Origin: the human T2T-CHM13v2.0 reference genome, Homo sapiens
Direction: 5' to 3' (one strand)
DNA length: 64,000 nucleotides
NCBI RefSeq assembly: GCF_009914755.1
Contig: NC_060936.1
This document shows, one piece after another, positions 1-12,961 of this stretch (position 1 is the first letter of the stretch; each line of letters opens with the position of its first letter). A model generated the notes under the pieces. It saw nothing but the letters and a program-made list of their open reading frames with translations, was not told the DNA's origin and did no database searches. A program made the translations under genes and the position numbers.

Positions 1-12
1 ATGAGTACATTT

Positions 13-113
13 CAGCAGTTTTCAAGCTTGGCTGCACATTAGAATCACCTGTGGTGCTTAAAAAAATACAGATGACCAGACCTCATCTCTGGAGATTCAT
101 ATTCAGTAGGTCT
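13..113 (-). mobile_element. MER5-family hAT-Charlie DNA transposon fragment
   Basis: cagcagttttcaagctt..cattagaatcacctg..gattcatattcagtaggtct resembles reverse-complement MER5A/B. Confidence 0.7.
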
Positions 114-189
114 TTTCTTAAAATACTTTCTTCCAAAGTGTTTAATTGGGCTGCATTACACATATCTTAGGGTTTTGTTTATCTACTTG

Positions 190-1650
190 CCCTCCCTGGG
201 TCATCTCATCTAGTGTCAAAGCTTCAATAAGCATGTTACAATTGAGGGACTTATGATTCCTACCCTAGCCCAGGTGACTATACTAAGTGTTAGAACCCTG
301 TATCCCAGCAAGCATTCCTCAACTCTACATGGATGTACTCCTAGACCCCCAAACTCAATATCTCCAAAACTCATTACTTTCTGGTAAAAACTAATCCCTG
401 TTTCAGTGTTCCCAATAATATGGCCAGCCACCCTTTTATTCATCCTAACCCACATAGCCATGCAGACTCAAAGATGGCCCTCAATGATTCCCGCCTTCTG
501 GTATTTCTGCCCTTGTGGAATCCCTTCCCCTTGAGTGTAGGCCAGCCTAGCAACTTGCTTGTCACCAATAGATGCCATGGGCATATCACTTGCATAATTA
601 GGTTACATAAGATTAAGACTTCTGCCTGGTTACTAGACTCTATACTTAGCTGGCTTTGCTAAAGCCAGCTGCCATGTTGGAGAGGAACATACAGCAAAGA
701 ACTGAAGCCCTCAATCTAACTACTGCAGGGAACTGAATCCTATTAAAAACCACTTGAACTTTGAAGCAGATATTTCTCCAGTTGTGCCTTCAGATGAGAC
801 CCCAGCCCTGACCATCCCTTTGATTGCAGTCTTGGGTGAAACCATGAAGCAGAGGACCCAGATAAGCCATGCTCAGATAAGCCTGACCAACAGAAACTGT
901 GAGATAGAAAATGTATTTGTGCCAAGTTAGTGGTAATTTGCTATGCAGCAATAAATAACTAATATAAAACTAATTATCAAGTTCTGTTATTTCAGCTTTT
1001 TTGATACCTCTGAAATCTGATATATTTTCCATGCCTACCATCAGATGGGTCAGGCATGATCATGCATTCCCTGCATTGTTACAGCTGCCTTTAACCCATC
1101 ACTCTGCCATTTGTCTTATGGCCTCCAACCCCAATTTATTCTTTGCAGAATCATCTTTCAAAATGAAAATTGGATCATATTCCACTATTTGAAACCTTTT
1201 AGCACTCTTACGTTGTTCATGAGGTAAAGTTCAAAGTTTTAAACATGACTCACAAAATTCTCTGTGACCTAGCCCCATGCTGCCTCTGTTTCAGGTTCTC
1301 TCCTCTTGGCTCTTGACCTTAACCCTTACTGCTCTCTTTACTTGAAGTCTTCTATTATGTACTTACCCACTTGCTCTAACTGCAAACCTTTCTCTCACTA
1401 CAACTTGTTTTTCACATACAAATAACAATTTCCTTTAACAAATCTTTCCCGGATGCCCAAGCCTGAGCTGGATGCCTCTATGGACAGTCTGCTATCTCCA
1501 CTTACTTCACCTACGATTGGGCATATTATGGCCTTTACCTATTTATTTGTCTCATGTCTTCTATAGACAGAGCACAAAGATCATGCCTATTTCATTAACT
1601 ACCTTGTTGACACTCAAGTAAATATTTATTGAATGGACAAATACATAAAT
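190..1650 (+). mobile_element. L2 LINE 3' region, interrupted by an MLT1 LTR
   Basis: Pyrimidine-rich L2 motifs (aaactcaatatctccaaaac); L2-type tail aaatatttattgaatgg at ~1620-1640. Confidence 0.65.
455..966 (+). mobile_element. MaLR solo LTR, MLT1F/G-like
   Basis: aagatggccctcaatgattcccgccttctggtatt..ccttccccttgagtgt start; gtggtaatttgctatgcagcaataaataactaatata end. Confidence 0.8.
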
Positions 1651-2319
1651 GGCAGTGGAAGATTTTTTTTTCCTCTGTTTGGTGAAACCTCTGAACCACA
1701 GACTGGTTTTCTGTATGCACCATGTCTGGATCAAGCTGTGACTTGGTACTTGCATTTAGTATCTGGTCTCCTTCTGCAACACAGCCCAGCATATTCCCAA
1801 CATCATGCCAGCTTTTTGCTTTAAGTGGCTGCCCAGTGGATCCTAGGGCCACCCTTTTTCTGATGTCAGTGATAATCATCAGGGGTGAAACAGAGTACAA
1901 GTGGTGTCCGGTTGCCCTAAATCTAGCCCAAGACTGCAGCTTAGAAATATCAAGGAGATGGAGCCAGGACTCCCTTCATTTCATCCTGGATTTAATGCTC
2001 CTTCTTAGGAAGGGGCCGTGTAAATGGAACACATCTAAGTCATCTCTTAATCTGGCTTTATCTTCAGTGATGAGAAAGTTTTTAGCGTTTTGCCACATGG
2101 ATGCTATCCTTCCCTTCCAGGGCATACTGCTAAAAGATTCCTCTTCTATTCATTGGGAAAATGGGAGGGAAGAAATTAAATGGCTGGGCTTAATGCATTT
2201 GGCCTGAAAGAAACACTTGCAATGATTTTAGCTTACCTTTTAACTCATGCTGATGCTCATCTCCATCCTCTTAGACGTGACTTCTTGATTTCTTAGCTCC
2301 TTCTAAAAATTCATCTTTG

Positions 2320-2700
2320 TTCATGGGAATGTATTTTCAAGTATAGTTTTAGATTCATTACATATGTGAGAATGTCTTTATCTTCACTTCGTACATGAAT
2401 AACAAATTGTGAAGTATAAAATATTTAGATAGTAATCTCTTCCTTTCAAACCCTGTAGCTGTTGATCTGTTGTCCTCTAGTCTTTACTATAAAGAGAAGT
2501 CTGAGACTAGCCTGATTTATTTTTCCTTTGTGGATCACAATCTTTATCTGAAGTCTAATGTGATTTTTTCCCTTTATCATTGTAATTCACTTTTTTCCCC
2601 CTAGCATGTAATCTTAGTTCTTAATTTTGCTTAGACCAAAGTAAGCCCATTTTGTCTGCACACTCGAGTCATTTTTTTCCAGCTTTGGAATGTGATTTTC
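2320..2700 (-). mobile_element. Ancient L1M/HAL1 ORF1-region fragment
   Basis: gagaatgtctttatc..gtataaaat..gagaagtctgagactagcctgattt typical of antisense old L1 ORF1. Confidence 0.55.
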
Positions 2701-3899
2701 AGTCTTGTTGACAAATCACTTGTTGACAAGTGAAACAGAAGTTTCACTTGTACAGAGTTTTAAAATATTTAAAATTCTTAGATGGAATCTCCATGTCAAT
2801 TGTGAGGATTGCTTTTGTGTGGAGAAAAAAAATCTATGCTGTTATCCAAGGTTTTAATTTAATATGCACTTATTAAAGGTATTTACTTATTAAAGGTACA
2901 TTAAAAAAAAACTCCAGCATTTTTCAAGCCCTTAAGTTCACCTTACATATTTTATTACTTGATTTATGAATCTAGCAAAATTTAGCAATTGCTTTCAAGG
3001 GAGATTTTGAATAAGGCTTGATCAATTTAAGTTGAACACATTGAACTCCCAAGCAGGTCCCTTTACAACTTGGTTAATAAAATTCCTCTACATATTTAAA
3101 CTCCATTTATAAATTTAAAACATTCAGTTTTCTTTTTAAGCTTTTCAAATGTCTGACCTACAGCCAAACCTTAACGACTCCAGTAAATCTAATAAATTAA
3201 GAAACGAATCACATGTTCTCTTAACCATTCCGATACTTTTAAACTTGATTAAATTCTCTAAATCTTTCCACTTAAAGGTAACTGTCTAAAATCTATTACT
3301 CAATACGCCATTAAATTGAATTCCCAAGGCTAATCTGTCATATTCACTGATATGCCATATGCTGTTAGACATTAAACCTTTTTATATTGCTCCATGATTA
3401 GAACCTTATTCCCAAACTTAACACAAAAGTATTAGTTGGTGGATTTTATTTACTTTATCATGTCTATATTTAATACAAATATTTTTATAGTGCAAACACA
3501 TATAGCCACTAAATTTTATTCTCAAAAAATTGGGGTAGCTATTCTGCCAAAATTGGAGCTACAATTCTGGAGTATGGAACTACCATTCAGGGAGAACGGT
3601 ACCATTCAGTGTTTCATCAATTGGCTGAGAATGGATATTGCCTAGAGATTTTTGACCAGAGTACATAGGTTCTAGGTTGGCAGCATAGTATTGCTGTTAT
3701 GACAATAGGGAATTCCTAATCTGTTACCTGTGGATAAGATTGGTGCCTGTTGGTTCAAATTATGCAGCCTACTAAATATTGCAACTAATTCCAAAACTGC
3801 TTTTTTGGAATTTGCATTTCTTTAACGTCTTTATTTTACTGTATTTCTCTTCATCTCTAGAGCCATGTATGTAAATTCTTTCCTCTGGTTGGAATAAAA

Positions 3900-4130
3900 A
3901 CAATAAGAATAACACACAACAACTGATTTACTGTGCATTTGCTATGTGCCAGATTAAGTGCTTTGTATAACTCTTAATTATCATAGTTCTATGATAAAGA
4001 AACTATGATTTTTCCTCTTATGATTGCATTAGAATTTTAAGTTTTTAGGCAAAAAAGAAATAAAGGGTCACATAGTGATGTATCCAGGATTACAACCCTA
4101 ACATTGTCTTTATGCTTACTCACTGCAAAA
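3900..4130 (-). mobile_element. MIR SINE
   Basis: atttactgtgcatttgctatgtgccag..aagtgcttt..agggtcacatag..ccaggatt. Confidence 0.55.
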
Positions 4131-4449
4131 TATTATTTCTCTGCTGTAGCTAAGATCAAAAGAGACCGGAGTCCAAGCCTTTAGAAGGCAGTGACATCTC
4201 CTAAGTTCAAGTTATGTTTTAGTTTTGTAATCTCCTACTAAGGTTGCAGCTAACTCTCTTCTTAACCTCTTTGCTGCCTGGTTGGACTCTTGATTCATCT
4301 GCAGAATCTTCATGAAGAGCCACCCTTCATAAGAGGTAATTTGCTGATCTTCTCTCATGCCTTTGTCTGCATCTGTTATCACAACCAAGGCCATACTGAG
4401 CACATTCTGTTATTTGTCTTGCCTTCTTACCTGGCATTCACAAATGACT

Positions 4450-5200
4450 GAGTTCTCATGTTCTCTCCCACCCTATTTCTGATTTGATTTTTTGCAATAT
4501 GAATTCCACTGTTATGAGCTTCAATGTGTTTTAATTCTGTTATTGCAATTTTCACGTTCTTGAAATTCTTCCTTGTTTTGTTTCACTCAGCAACTTTTGT
4601 ATTCAGTTTACTGTTTCCAAAACTCATCCTGTTTCTTTTATTCTTGACTCTTTTCTTTCCTAATGGCTTTCTCTTTGAGTATCATGAAAGATACATCCTC
4701 TTGCACAGTACTCAATTGAGGCTGCCAAGCTAATTCTTAGAATTCCTTCTGATTCCTCTAAGTACAGAGCTTTCCCTTGGGGAAGTAAAAAGGTTTTCTT
4801 ACAGTGTCCAGCACTAGAAGAGCAAGTAATGCATCATTCACTGTTTAGTTCTTGCCTTGCTATTTTCTGGGAGTTTTAGTCTAAAGAGAGAAAGATGAGT
4901 GGGTTCGGGGGGGGTAGAGGGGAGAGTGAGGAGGGTGAGTAAACAGCCTCTGGCTGCTCAGGTTTATGGTCTTCCAGATCAGGGTCTCTGAGGCTCTGCA
5001 AGCATAAGTTTAATCCATGTTTGTGAGCCATATATTTAGTTGAAATACTTCTTAGAGTCTAGTAATAAGTTGTCTGTAATTCTTATTATTTTACTGGTGG
5101 TGTGAGTTTCATATTTTTCTATGACTTTATAGGTATTTTAGTGAGGAATTGGGAAAGGCCATTTCAAGGGTTGCCAGCCCGGCTCTATTTAAATCAGAAG
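4450..5200 (-). mobile_element. Ancient L1M/HAL1 5' region
   Basis: T-rich antisense ORF1-like tract ending in attttagtgaggaattggg..tttaaatcagaag, typical of HAL1/L1ME 5' ends. Confidence 0.45.
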
Positions 5201-5619
5201 TATTTAGCTATAATTCCAAAAGATCTCTATGGAATAGATTTTATATCCCAGGTGACTTATTCCTTGGATTTTATAGTGGACTTGGATTTATCTCATCTTT
5301 CTTCTTTTTATCTGAAAGATAATCTTGAAAATCTTATATTTCTATATAACCAGAACTGAGAATTTTCTTTTGGGAGCAGAAATGTTGGTAACTCATGCAC
5401 AAAAACCAAAGCAACGTATGTGACTTAAAAAAGAGAAGTATAAAATACTTAGTTTACTTACATTCATAATAGATAATAGAATAAAGAATCCAGCATTTTG
5501 TTTTGTGAATGTGACAAATAGCAACAGGAGAGCTGGCAGAATGAGAGAAAGAGGACGGGAGAATTCTCAAAGGTAAATCTTTAAATAAGTCCCATCAGGT
5601 AAACACTATTTACTATTCA

Positions 5620-6092
5620 TGGTAGATAGTACACTCTAAATTCCTTTGCTGGCATTCAAAGTCACCTACAATTTGGGTCCCATCTGCTTTTGCATTCTGA
5701 TCACTTACCACCTCCCTATGTGAACCCTGCACTAAGGACAAAATAGTCCACTGTACTGACCTTAGCAGCAAACATTGTCCTTACTATCCTATGTCTTTGC
5801 TCACAATGTCCCTCTCTGGAACATTCTTCAGGCCCATCTTCTAAAGCCCAGCTCTGATGATGTCTCCTCTGAACCCAGCAGCCAATAGTCATCTCTGCAC
5901 CCTCTAAAACACCTTGGCATTTCTGGTCAGACACTACCTTGGATGACAGCTATCTGGGATCTTGTCTTCTCTCTTGAACTCCATTGCACTTTTCAGGTTA
6001 ACAAAGACCCCACCTTGTATTCACATTTGTCCTAAAGCCCAGCAAATTGACTTGCACAGAGTAGGGCAACAAAGAGTAGGTTAGCTGACTGA
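5620..6092 (+). mobile_element. L2 LINE 3' end
   Basis: ctctaaattcctttgctggcattcaaag..cccagc..gcacagagtaggg. Confidence 0.6.
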
Positions 6093-7672
6093 AAAGGGAG
6101 TTACAGCAAGAAGGAAAATGAAAGGGGGAAAAAGAAGAGATGGACAGAGATGACAGAAGAAAAAAAAGTAAAGACAGGTAGATAGGGAAGAGAAACAGAC
6201 AGACATCGCTTTCTTTAATTTAGAGAGATACACATTTAAAAAAAATAATTGAAATGCTTGTTACTATGTCAGTGACTTCAGCATTGGGAAAAAGAGCCTG
6301 TCTGCTTTTATTTATAAATTTCAAGGCTTATATTTGAAATAAACACTTATTTTCCCACGATATGCCCACGGATTTTGTATTGTGTCAAAGAATGTGTTCA
6401 GGTTTTTAAGAAGCATTTTTGAAAACTCAGGGTATCTATCAATTTTCTAGTTATTCCTGTGAGTCTCTTTGACATTCACATTCTGTCATTTTTGCCTAAT
6501 CTTTGTTATTTGAGAGATTAGGGCTGTCTCATTTCACAATACCTGAAAGATTATGTTTGAGAACAGAATTTATTTCATTATGTGTACGCTTTTTTCATAT
6601 CAAATCTATCATTTTCTTAAATCCAGTCCTTTTTGTTTTTGTCCTAATTGTTTCATGGTGAGGATTATTATATTATGTATAGAAGAAACTAAAAGTAACA
6701 GTGTAAAAACTCATAGGGAATAAATGAATTGCTCCCTGTTCACAGCTTTTAATCTGTTCTTATTAGACCTCCAGAGGCTTAATTCTGAGCTCAGTCATCT
6801 CAAATGCTCACTGAAGCCAACTTAGGCTGTGGGTTGTCATGTTGCTACTGGTTCAACAGAACCTTGTGACAGCTTTTCTCAGGCCAAATGAAATGAAAGC
6901 TAAATGTGATTTCTTGGCTATTTTCCACTTTTGTTTATGCTAAGGTTCTAGTCAGTAAGAGGTTTAAACAATCCCAATTCCTTTGTGATGCGTGCCCTTG
7001 CTTAAATAGGGTAGAATTGACTTGGCAGCTTCTTGAATGTACATCATTCTTTTGTGGGAATGAGTTTCCACACTTTGCATCTGAGTCCAGTACAGGGCAA
7101 CATATATTAAGGTGGCTGATTCAGGAATGTGGCTTGTAGCCATGTTTCTTCCCTCACTACCATTGGAGGGCACTTCTAGTGGAGAAGAATGTGTGTCTGG
7201 AAGCTCTAGGGAAAACCACTGAGAATGAAGTACTGTTGAAGAAGTTTCCAGAATTATAGTCAGTTCAGGAAGAAAGAATACAAAAATCTCTGGCATTGCT
7301 GATAATTTTGGCATTAGAAAACCAAATTAGAAAGTGAGAATGCATCAATGGAGATGGAAGGTGGGAAGGGAAGAAAGATGTTTCAGGTAGAGGCAACAGC
7401 ATATGCAAAGACCCAGAGGCAGAAAAGAACACAGTGTGTGATTTGCGGGGGTGGAAGGAGATGAGACAGACAGGAGAGATGAGCCAAGGGCCTTGTATGC
7501 CAAGATAGACCGAGCTTCAGAGAATAAGGAGAACTGGCTTCATGAAATGAGATAATGATAGTGTATGCCTGAGGGTTCAATTCAGCAACAACAACCTGGC
7601 ACAGAGTAAGACAGGGCTGCTGCTAGCCTACAGAGCCTCATTGTGAGTTAGAAATAGGTCCTGGGTGGATGA

Positions 7673-8183
7673 TGTTTTAGTTATCTATTGCTGCATAACC
7701 AACCACTCCAAAGCATAATGGCATAAAGAAGCCTCTTTTTTTAATGCTCATGGACTCTGTAGATCAGGAATTCAGACAGGCCCCAACAGGGATGGCTTGT
7801 CTCAGTTCTACAATGTCTGGGGCATCAAGTGGAGAGGCTAGAAGACTGTAACAGTCAGCCAGCAGCTACATATCATTTGGAGGTGTCTTCACATGCATGT
7901 TCGCTGGTTGATGCTGTTGGACAGCCCCTTAGCTGGGACTGTCGGCAGAACACCTGGGTGCAGCCTCTCTTTGTTGCCTGGGCTTCCTCACAGCATGGTG
8001 CTTAGCTTCCAAAGGTGAATGTCCCAAAGGGCAGGAAAGGAAAGCTGCCATATTATCACTTTCACTATTTTCTATTGATTAACCAGTAAAAAACTCAGAT
8101 TCAAAGTAGGTGGACCCTAGGCCTTATTGCTTAGTGGAAGGAGTAATGACAAGTTTGGGAGCCATTTAAAAAAAATTGCCACA
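7673..8183 (-). mobile_element. MaLR solo LTR, MLT1H-like
   Basis: tgttttagttatctattgctgcataaccaaccactccaaa..caggaattcagacagg..gggcttcctcacagcatgg..tgccaca; TG..CA termini. Confidence 0.8.
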
Positions 8184-8679
8184 TGCTAGTTAGAAAAAGA
8201 TGTCCCCTCTAGGTGGACACATCCCTTTAGTGAAGAAAAAGCTAAACTTTTCTCCAAACAAATGTAGCCCCACACCACGAAACACAGGTTGGGTTCAGCC
8301 CCATTCAACATTTTTGTTGAGAGCCTTTGCAGAGTTAACAACTGGCACAACTACACCCAGAGAGGCCCCGGGCTCAGTAAATCCCAGGTAGTTACCTTCT
8401 CTCCACTGCTCCTCAAAACAAAGAGGAAAATGGCCCTTCATTATGAACTTCTAGCCTTTCTCTCTACATGTATTTTTTCCTTGTGATTAACTTCATTTAA
8501 TTAATTTTTTTTTTTTTTTTGTCATGTGGTTTGTCTTGGCCTTGGGCTTTCTTTGGCTGGTCATGAAAAAAGGACTTCACATTATTGGTCACTGAATATT
8601 CTCTTGTCTACTTGTTAACTTCCTCTCTCCCAATCTCTTCTTGGACTATACTTCAAACAGTACAAGTAGTAAGGATGAT

Positions 8680-9026
<347 letters not shown>

Positions 9027-9636
9027 TGAAAATATAAATCCTCTTTTCTCTTAAAAACTTCCAAATTTTAAATGTTTAACATTCAGAGCAGGTTTTTAAA
9101 AATTATTTTTATCTAATCACATGATATGTGTGAACTTTTCCCTAGGAACTTTCCTGAAGCAATTGACATTAGAAAAAAGTAGGCAAGAAAACGAGTTGTA
9201 GATAATATGTATTGGTGAGAAATGCTTCCAGAGATAAAATTAACTGAGCTACAAATAGATGAAGAGTGAGAAAATGGACCAGTATATCATATTCATGATC
9301 CTACTGAGGAGGGGACAGGACAGTGATGAGGAGAATTTGGGGCAGAACAATATCTTGTACCAGCCACTAGCAGACCCTATTAGCCAAGGGCAGATTGTAT
9401 GTTTCACAGATGGACAAGAAAGCCTGGGAAAGAAGGAATGGGGACATCATTTGGGGGGAAAAAGGACATTCATACAAATGCTATATTTGCAAATAGCATA
9501 CAGGGAGGGATTAATTGGTGATACTACTTTCTATAAATTATTCTCATATTTACTTCCTGATTTTCAGTTCTAGAATTGGGTCAGATATTTATTTTATATA
9601 TTCCACTACCCAGCCAATGCCAGACTGTACTAAGAT

Positions 9637-9931
9637 TGTAATGGACTTTATGGGTCCCCCAGAATTTCTGTGTTGACACCCTGATCCCAATTTGATGGTA
9701 TTTGGAGGGTGAAGCCCTCATTGATGGGATTAGTGTCCTCATAGAAAGCCAGGAAGCTAGCCAACTCTTTCTATCATGTGAGGATACAAGGAGAAGTTGC
9801 AGTAACAACCCAACTGTGCTGCCACCCTGATCTGCAACTTCTGGCCCCTGGAACTATGAGAAATAAGCGTTTGTTGGCTTAGCTACCCAGCCTGTGGTAA
9901 TATGTTATAGAAGCCCAAACTTAATAAGACA
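9637..9931 (+). mobile_element. MaLR solo LTR, MLT1A-like
   Basis: TG..CA termini; gatggtatttggagg..atgggattagtgtcctcata..taagaca; 5-bp TSD aagat/aagac. Confidence 0.8.
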
Positions 9932-9954
9932 AAGACCATTAAATATGAAGTAAA

Positions 9955-10214
9955 GGCTGGGTGCAGTGACTCATCGCTATAATTCCAACACTTTGGGAGG
10001 TGGAGGTGAGAGGATCCTTTGGGTTTAGGAGTTTGAGACTAGCCTGGGCAACATAGCAAAATCCAGTCTCTACAAATAATACAAAAAAATAGCCAGGTAT
10101 AATGGTGTGTGCCTGTGATCCGGCTACTTGGTTGGCTGAGGTGGGAGGACTGCTCGAGCCTAGGACTGGTTGACAGAAAGAGACTCTATCTCAAAAAAAA
10201 AAAAAAAAAAAAAA
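9955..10214 (+). mobile_element. AluJ with internal deletion in the right arm
   Basis: J diagnostics (agcctgggcaacatagc, ggtgggagga); jumps from gagcctagga to ctggttgacag; poly-A tail. Confidence 0.9.
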
Positions 10215-10448
10215 GTGAAATCAAACAGTAATTTTTAGCCAGCAGCCTTTGGAACCAAAGTGTTTGAGTTTATTCTTTTGTGGGCCTCTTCTCTTTCCTT
10301 TCTGGATTAGGAGATCTTGATCAATGCAGTGGGATGACATTAGGAGAAGGAAAAATGACTTCAGGAGTCATAAGTATAAAAACCGGCTTCAGATTGAGAA
10401 TCAGCTGAATATTCAAATCGTAAAAGAGTAGAAGTGCTTCGGATAGTG

Positions 10449-10660
10449 TCTACAAAATACAAAAATTAGCCAGGCCTGGTGGCTCATGCCTGTAATCCCA
10501 GCTACTTTGGAGGCTGAGGCAGAGAATCACTTGAATCCAGGAGGTGGAGGTTGCAGTGAGCAGTGAGCAGGTTGGAGTGCCACTGCACTCTAGCCTGGGT
10601 GACAGAGTGAGACTGTCTCAAAAAAAAAACAAAACAAAAAACAAAACAAAAAAAACCCAA
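10449..10660 (+). mobile_element. 5'-truncated AluS (right arm)
   Basis: Starts at the tctacaaaatacaaaaattagcc linker; A/AAAAC tail. Confidence 0.9.
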
Positions 10661-11302
10661 AATATTCTGTTCATTGCATATTAATTTTAAAGGACTATTT
10701 TTAAAGCAAATGGAAAATATGCACAGATAACAGTTCGTGTTGCTAAATGCAGACTTTTGGAAAACCCTTAATGAAATCAGATAGAACTAAATGGGCATAC
10801 TGGGATTCAAACTAAGGGTTCCACTTTAGTGAGCACTGTGGCCAAATTTCAGTTTCCTCTGGGTATTCAGTTACATCATAGCCCAGAGAAACACTGCCTT
10901 TCTTGTCCGCTATTCCCTGTAGGAACAGCAGGAAGAAGATTGGGGTGATCAGGGCTTGAGGTGGCAATCCAGGCTAGAAGAATCCTTTGTTGTCTTGCTT
11001 TGGTTGCCAAAGGGACAAGGAAATACTCTTATTTTAAACCTCCCTCCTATGTGGATTTCAATGCATGGCCTCTCTTCCTTTAATCCACTTATAAGAGTAT
11101 AATACACTGTTCGATTATTTGGCTACTAGATGAATCTTTCCCAATAGGTAAAGGTTTTCTTATCCTTCCACACTTAAAAAAAGTCTACTTCAAGAAATGT
11201 GAAAAAGACTGTTTTTTAAAGCTCTACTTTACTGTTTAATTGAATGCACCATTATCAGCTTGGGTTAAAAGCTCTTTTTGAGGGGTATGATGTTAGTATA
11301 AT

Positions 11303-11492
11303 ACCATATCTGATCCACTCAAAGGATCATTATTTTGTGCATCATTATAAAGCAAAACAAAAAAACAAAAAAAAAACCCAAAAAACCCTGCTACTTTATT
11401 GTGAAGGATGAGATGCCATAAATTGTAAGATTCATTCTGATTTCAGAGATATTAAAAGGCAGAAAAGTATATCTTAGAATCAATAAAATATG
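11303..11492 (-). mobile_element. MER104/Kanga-like Tc2 DNA transposon
   Basis: atgccataaattgtaagattcattctgatttcagagatattaaaa..tcttagaatcaataaaatatg matches recalled antisense MER104. Confidence 0.6.
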
Positions 11493-11683
11493 ATATATAT
11501 TTGAAATTTTACCACTAGGTACACATATACTTTTATAAAAATATAATAATTTTAGTATAGTCTATTATCCCTCTTTTTTCCCCATCATCATTGCCAACCA
11601 TTATTTATCTCATATAAATAAATTATATTTTTATATCACATAATTAGGCATATAACATAATATATAAAAATGTATATTATATA

Positions 11684-12961
11684 TGAAGGGGCTCCACAAA
11701 GTTCGCGGAAAAATAGAAGTAAAATATAAAAATAAAAAATATAAACTTTATTTCTCAACATACACTCCATCAGGTTCAAGATACGTTCATAAGTGATAAT
11801 ACCAGCCATTTAGCCCATCTCTAAGGAACTGAGCATCCTGGGAATTTAACCTTGTCAATGCAATCTTTTTTACATTATTCATTGAAGAGAAATGAGTACC
11901 CTTACAGGTTTTTTAATATTATGAAACAAAGGAGTCAGAAGAAGCCAAATCAGGACTGTAAGGTGGACGTCTAATGATTTCCCACTGAAACTCTTACAAA
12001 GTTGCCCTTTTTGATGATGAGAGGAGGGAGTAGGAGCACTGTCATGGTGGACAAAAACTCTCTGGTGAAGCTTTCCTGGATATTTTTCTGTCAAAGCTTT
12101 GGCTGACTTTCTCAAAACACTCTCATCATAAACAGATGTTATAGTTCTTCAACCCTCCAGGAAGTCAACAAGCATATTTGCACATCTCAAAAAAATTTTG
12201 CCATGACCTTTGCTCTTGACCAGTCCACTTTTGCTTGGACTGGGCCACTTCCACCTCTTGGTAGTCATTGCTTTGATTGTGCTTTGTATTCAGGATTGTA
12301 CTGGTAAAGCCAGGTTTCATCTATTGTTACAATGCTTCAGAGAAACACTTCGGGATCTTGATCCCACTTATTTAAAATTACCATAGAATCCTCTGCTCTT
12401 GTCTGCAGTTGACCTGGGTTTTAGCACCCACCAAGCGGAAAGTTTGTTCAACTTTAATTTTTCAGCCAGAATTGTGTAAGCTGAACCAATTGAGATATCT
12501 ATAGTGTTAGCTGTTGTTTCTGCTGTTTATTGTTGGTCCATTAAATTATGGCATGAACAATACGAATTTTTTCCTTTCAAATTGATGTAGATCTACCACT
12601 GTGGGCTTCATCTTCCACATCTTCTTGTCCCTTCTTAAAATGAGTTACCCATTTATAAACTGCCGAATGCTTTGGGGCACATTCCCATAAACTTTTCATA
12701 AAGCATCAGTGATTTTGCCACTCTTCCACTCAAGCTTCACCATAAATTTGCAGTTTATTCTTATTTCAATTTTAGCAGGATTCATGTTGCTCTGATAGGG
12801 ACTCTTTTCAAACTGATATTTTATCCTTAATGCCTCAAACTAGATCCTGTTTAGACATGTTATAACAAGTTAGTATGAGTGCATTTGGTACAAAAAATTT
12901 TTTGAAATCCATGCATAGCTTTCTCATAATACACATTTTCATGAAGTTTTTGAAGTCCTCA
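11684..12961 (-). mobile_element. HSMAR2 mariner DNA transposon, full length (~1.28 kb)
   Basis: Both TIRs (tgaaggggctccacaaagttcgcggaaaa / ttttcatgaagtttttgaagtcctca); TA on both flanks; complete transposase body. Confidence 0.95.
11748..12785 (-). pseudogene. Decayed HSMAR2 mariner transposase
   Basis: MNPAKIEIRINCKFMVKLEWK start; TGA at codon 30; IVTIDETWLYQY, HHDSAP and PYSPDLASSD motifs; frameshifts. Confidence 0.9.

Noticed and set aside
1722-2207. 161-aa ORF, the longest not assignable to a transposon
   Set aside because: No recognisable domain or splice context; ORFs of similar quality overlap it on both strands; most likely chance.
4425-4435. Isolated consensus splice donors (here and at ~59830-59870)
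   Set aside because: About a dozen such motifs are expected by chance on both strands of 64 kb, and no convincing paired acceptor was found.
9259-9573. 104-aa ORF containing CFTDG (RNase H-like word)
   Set aside because: A single short motif with no other retroviral pol motifs around it.
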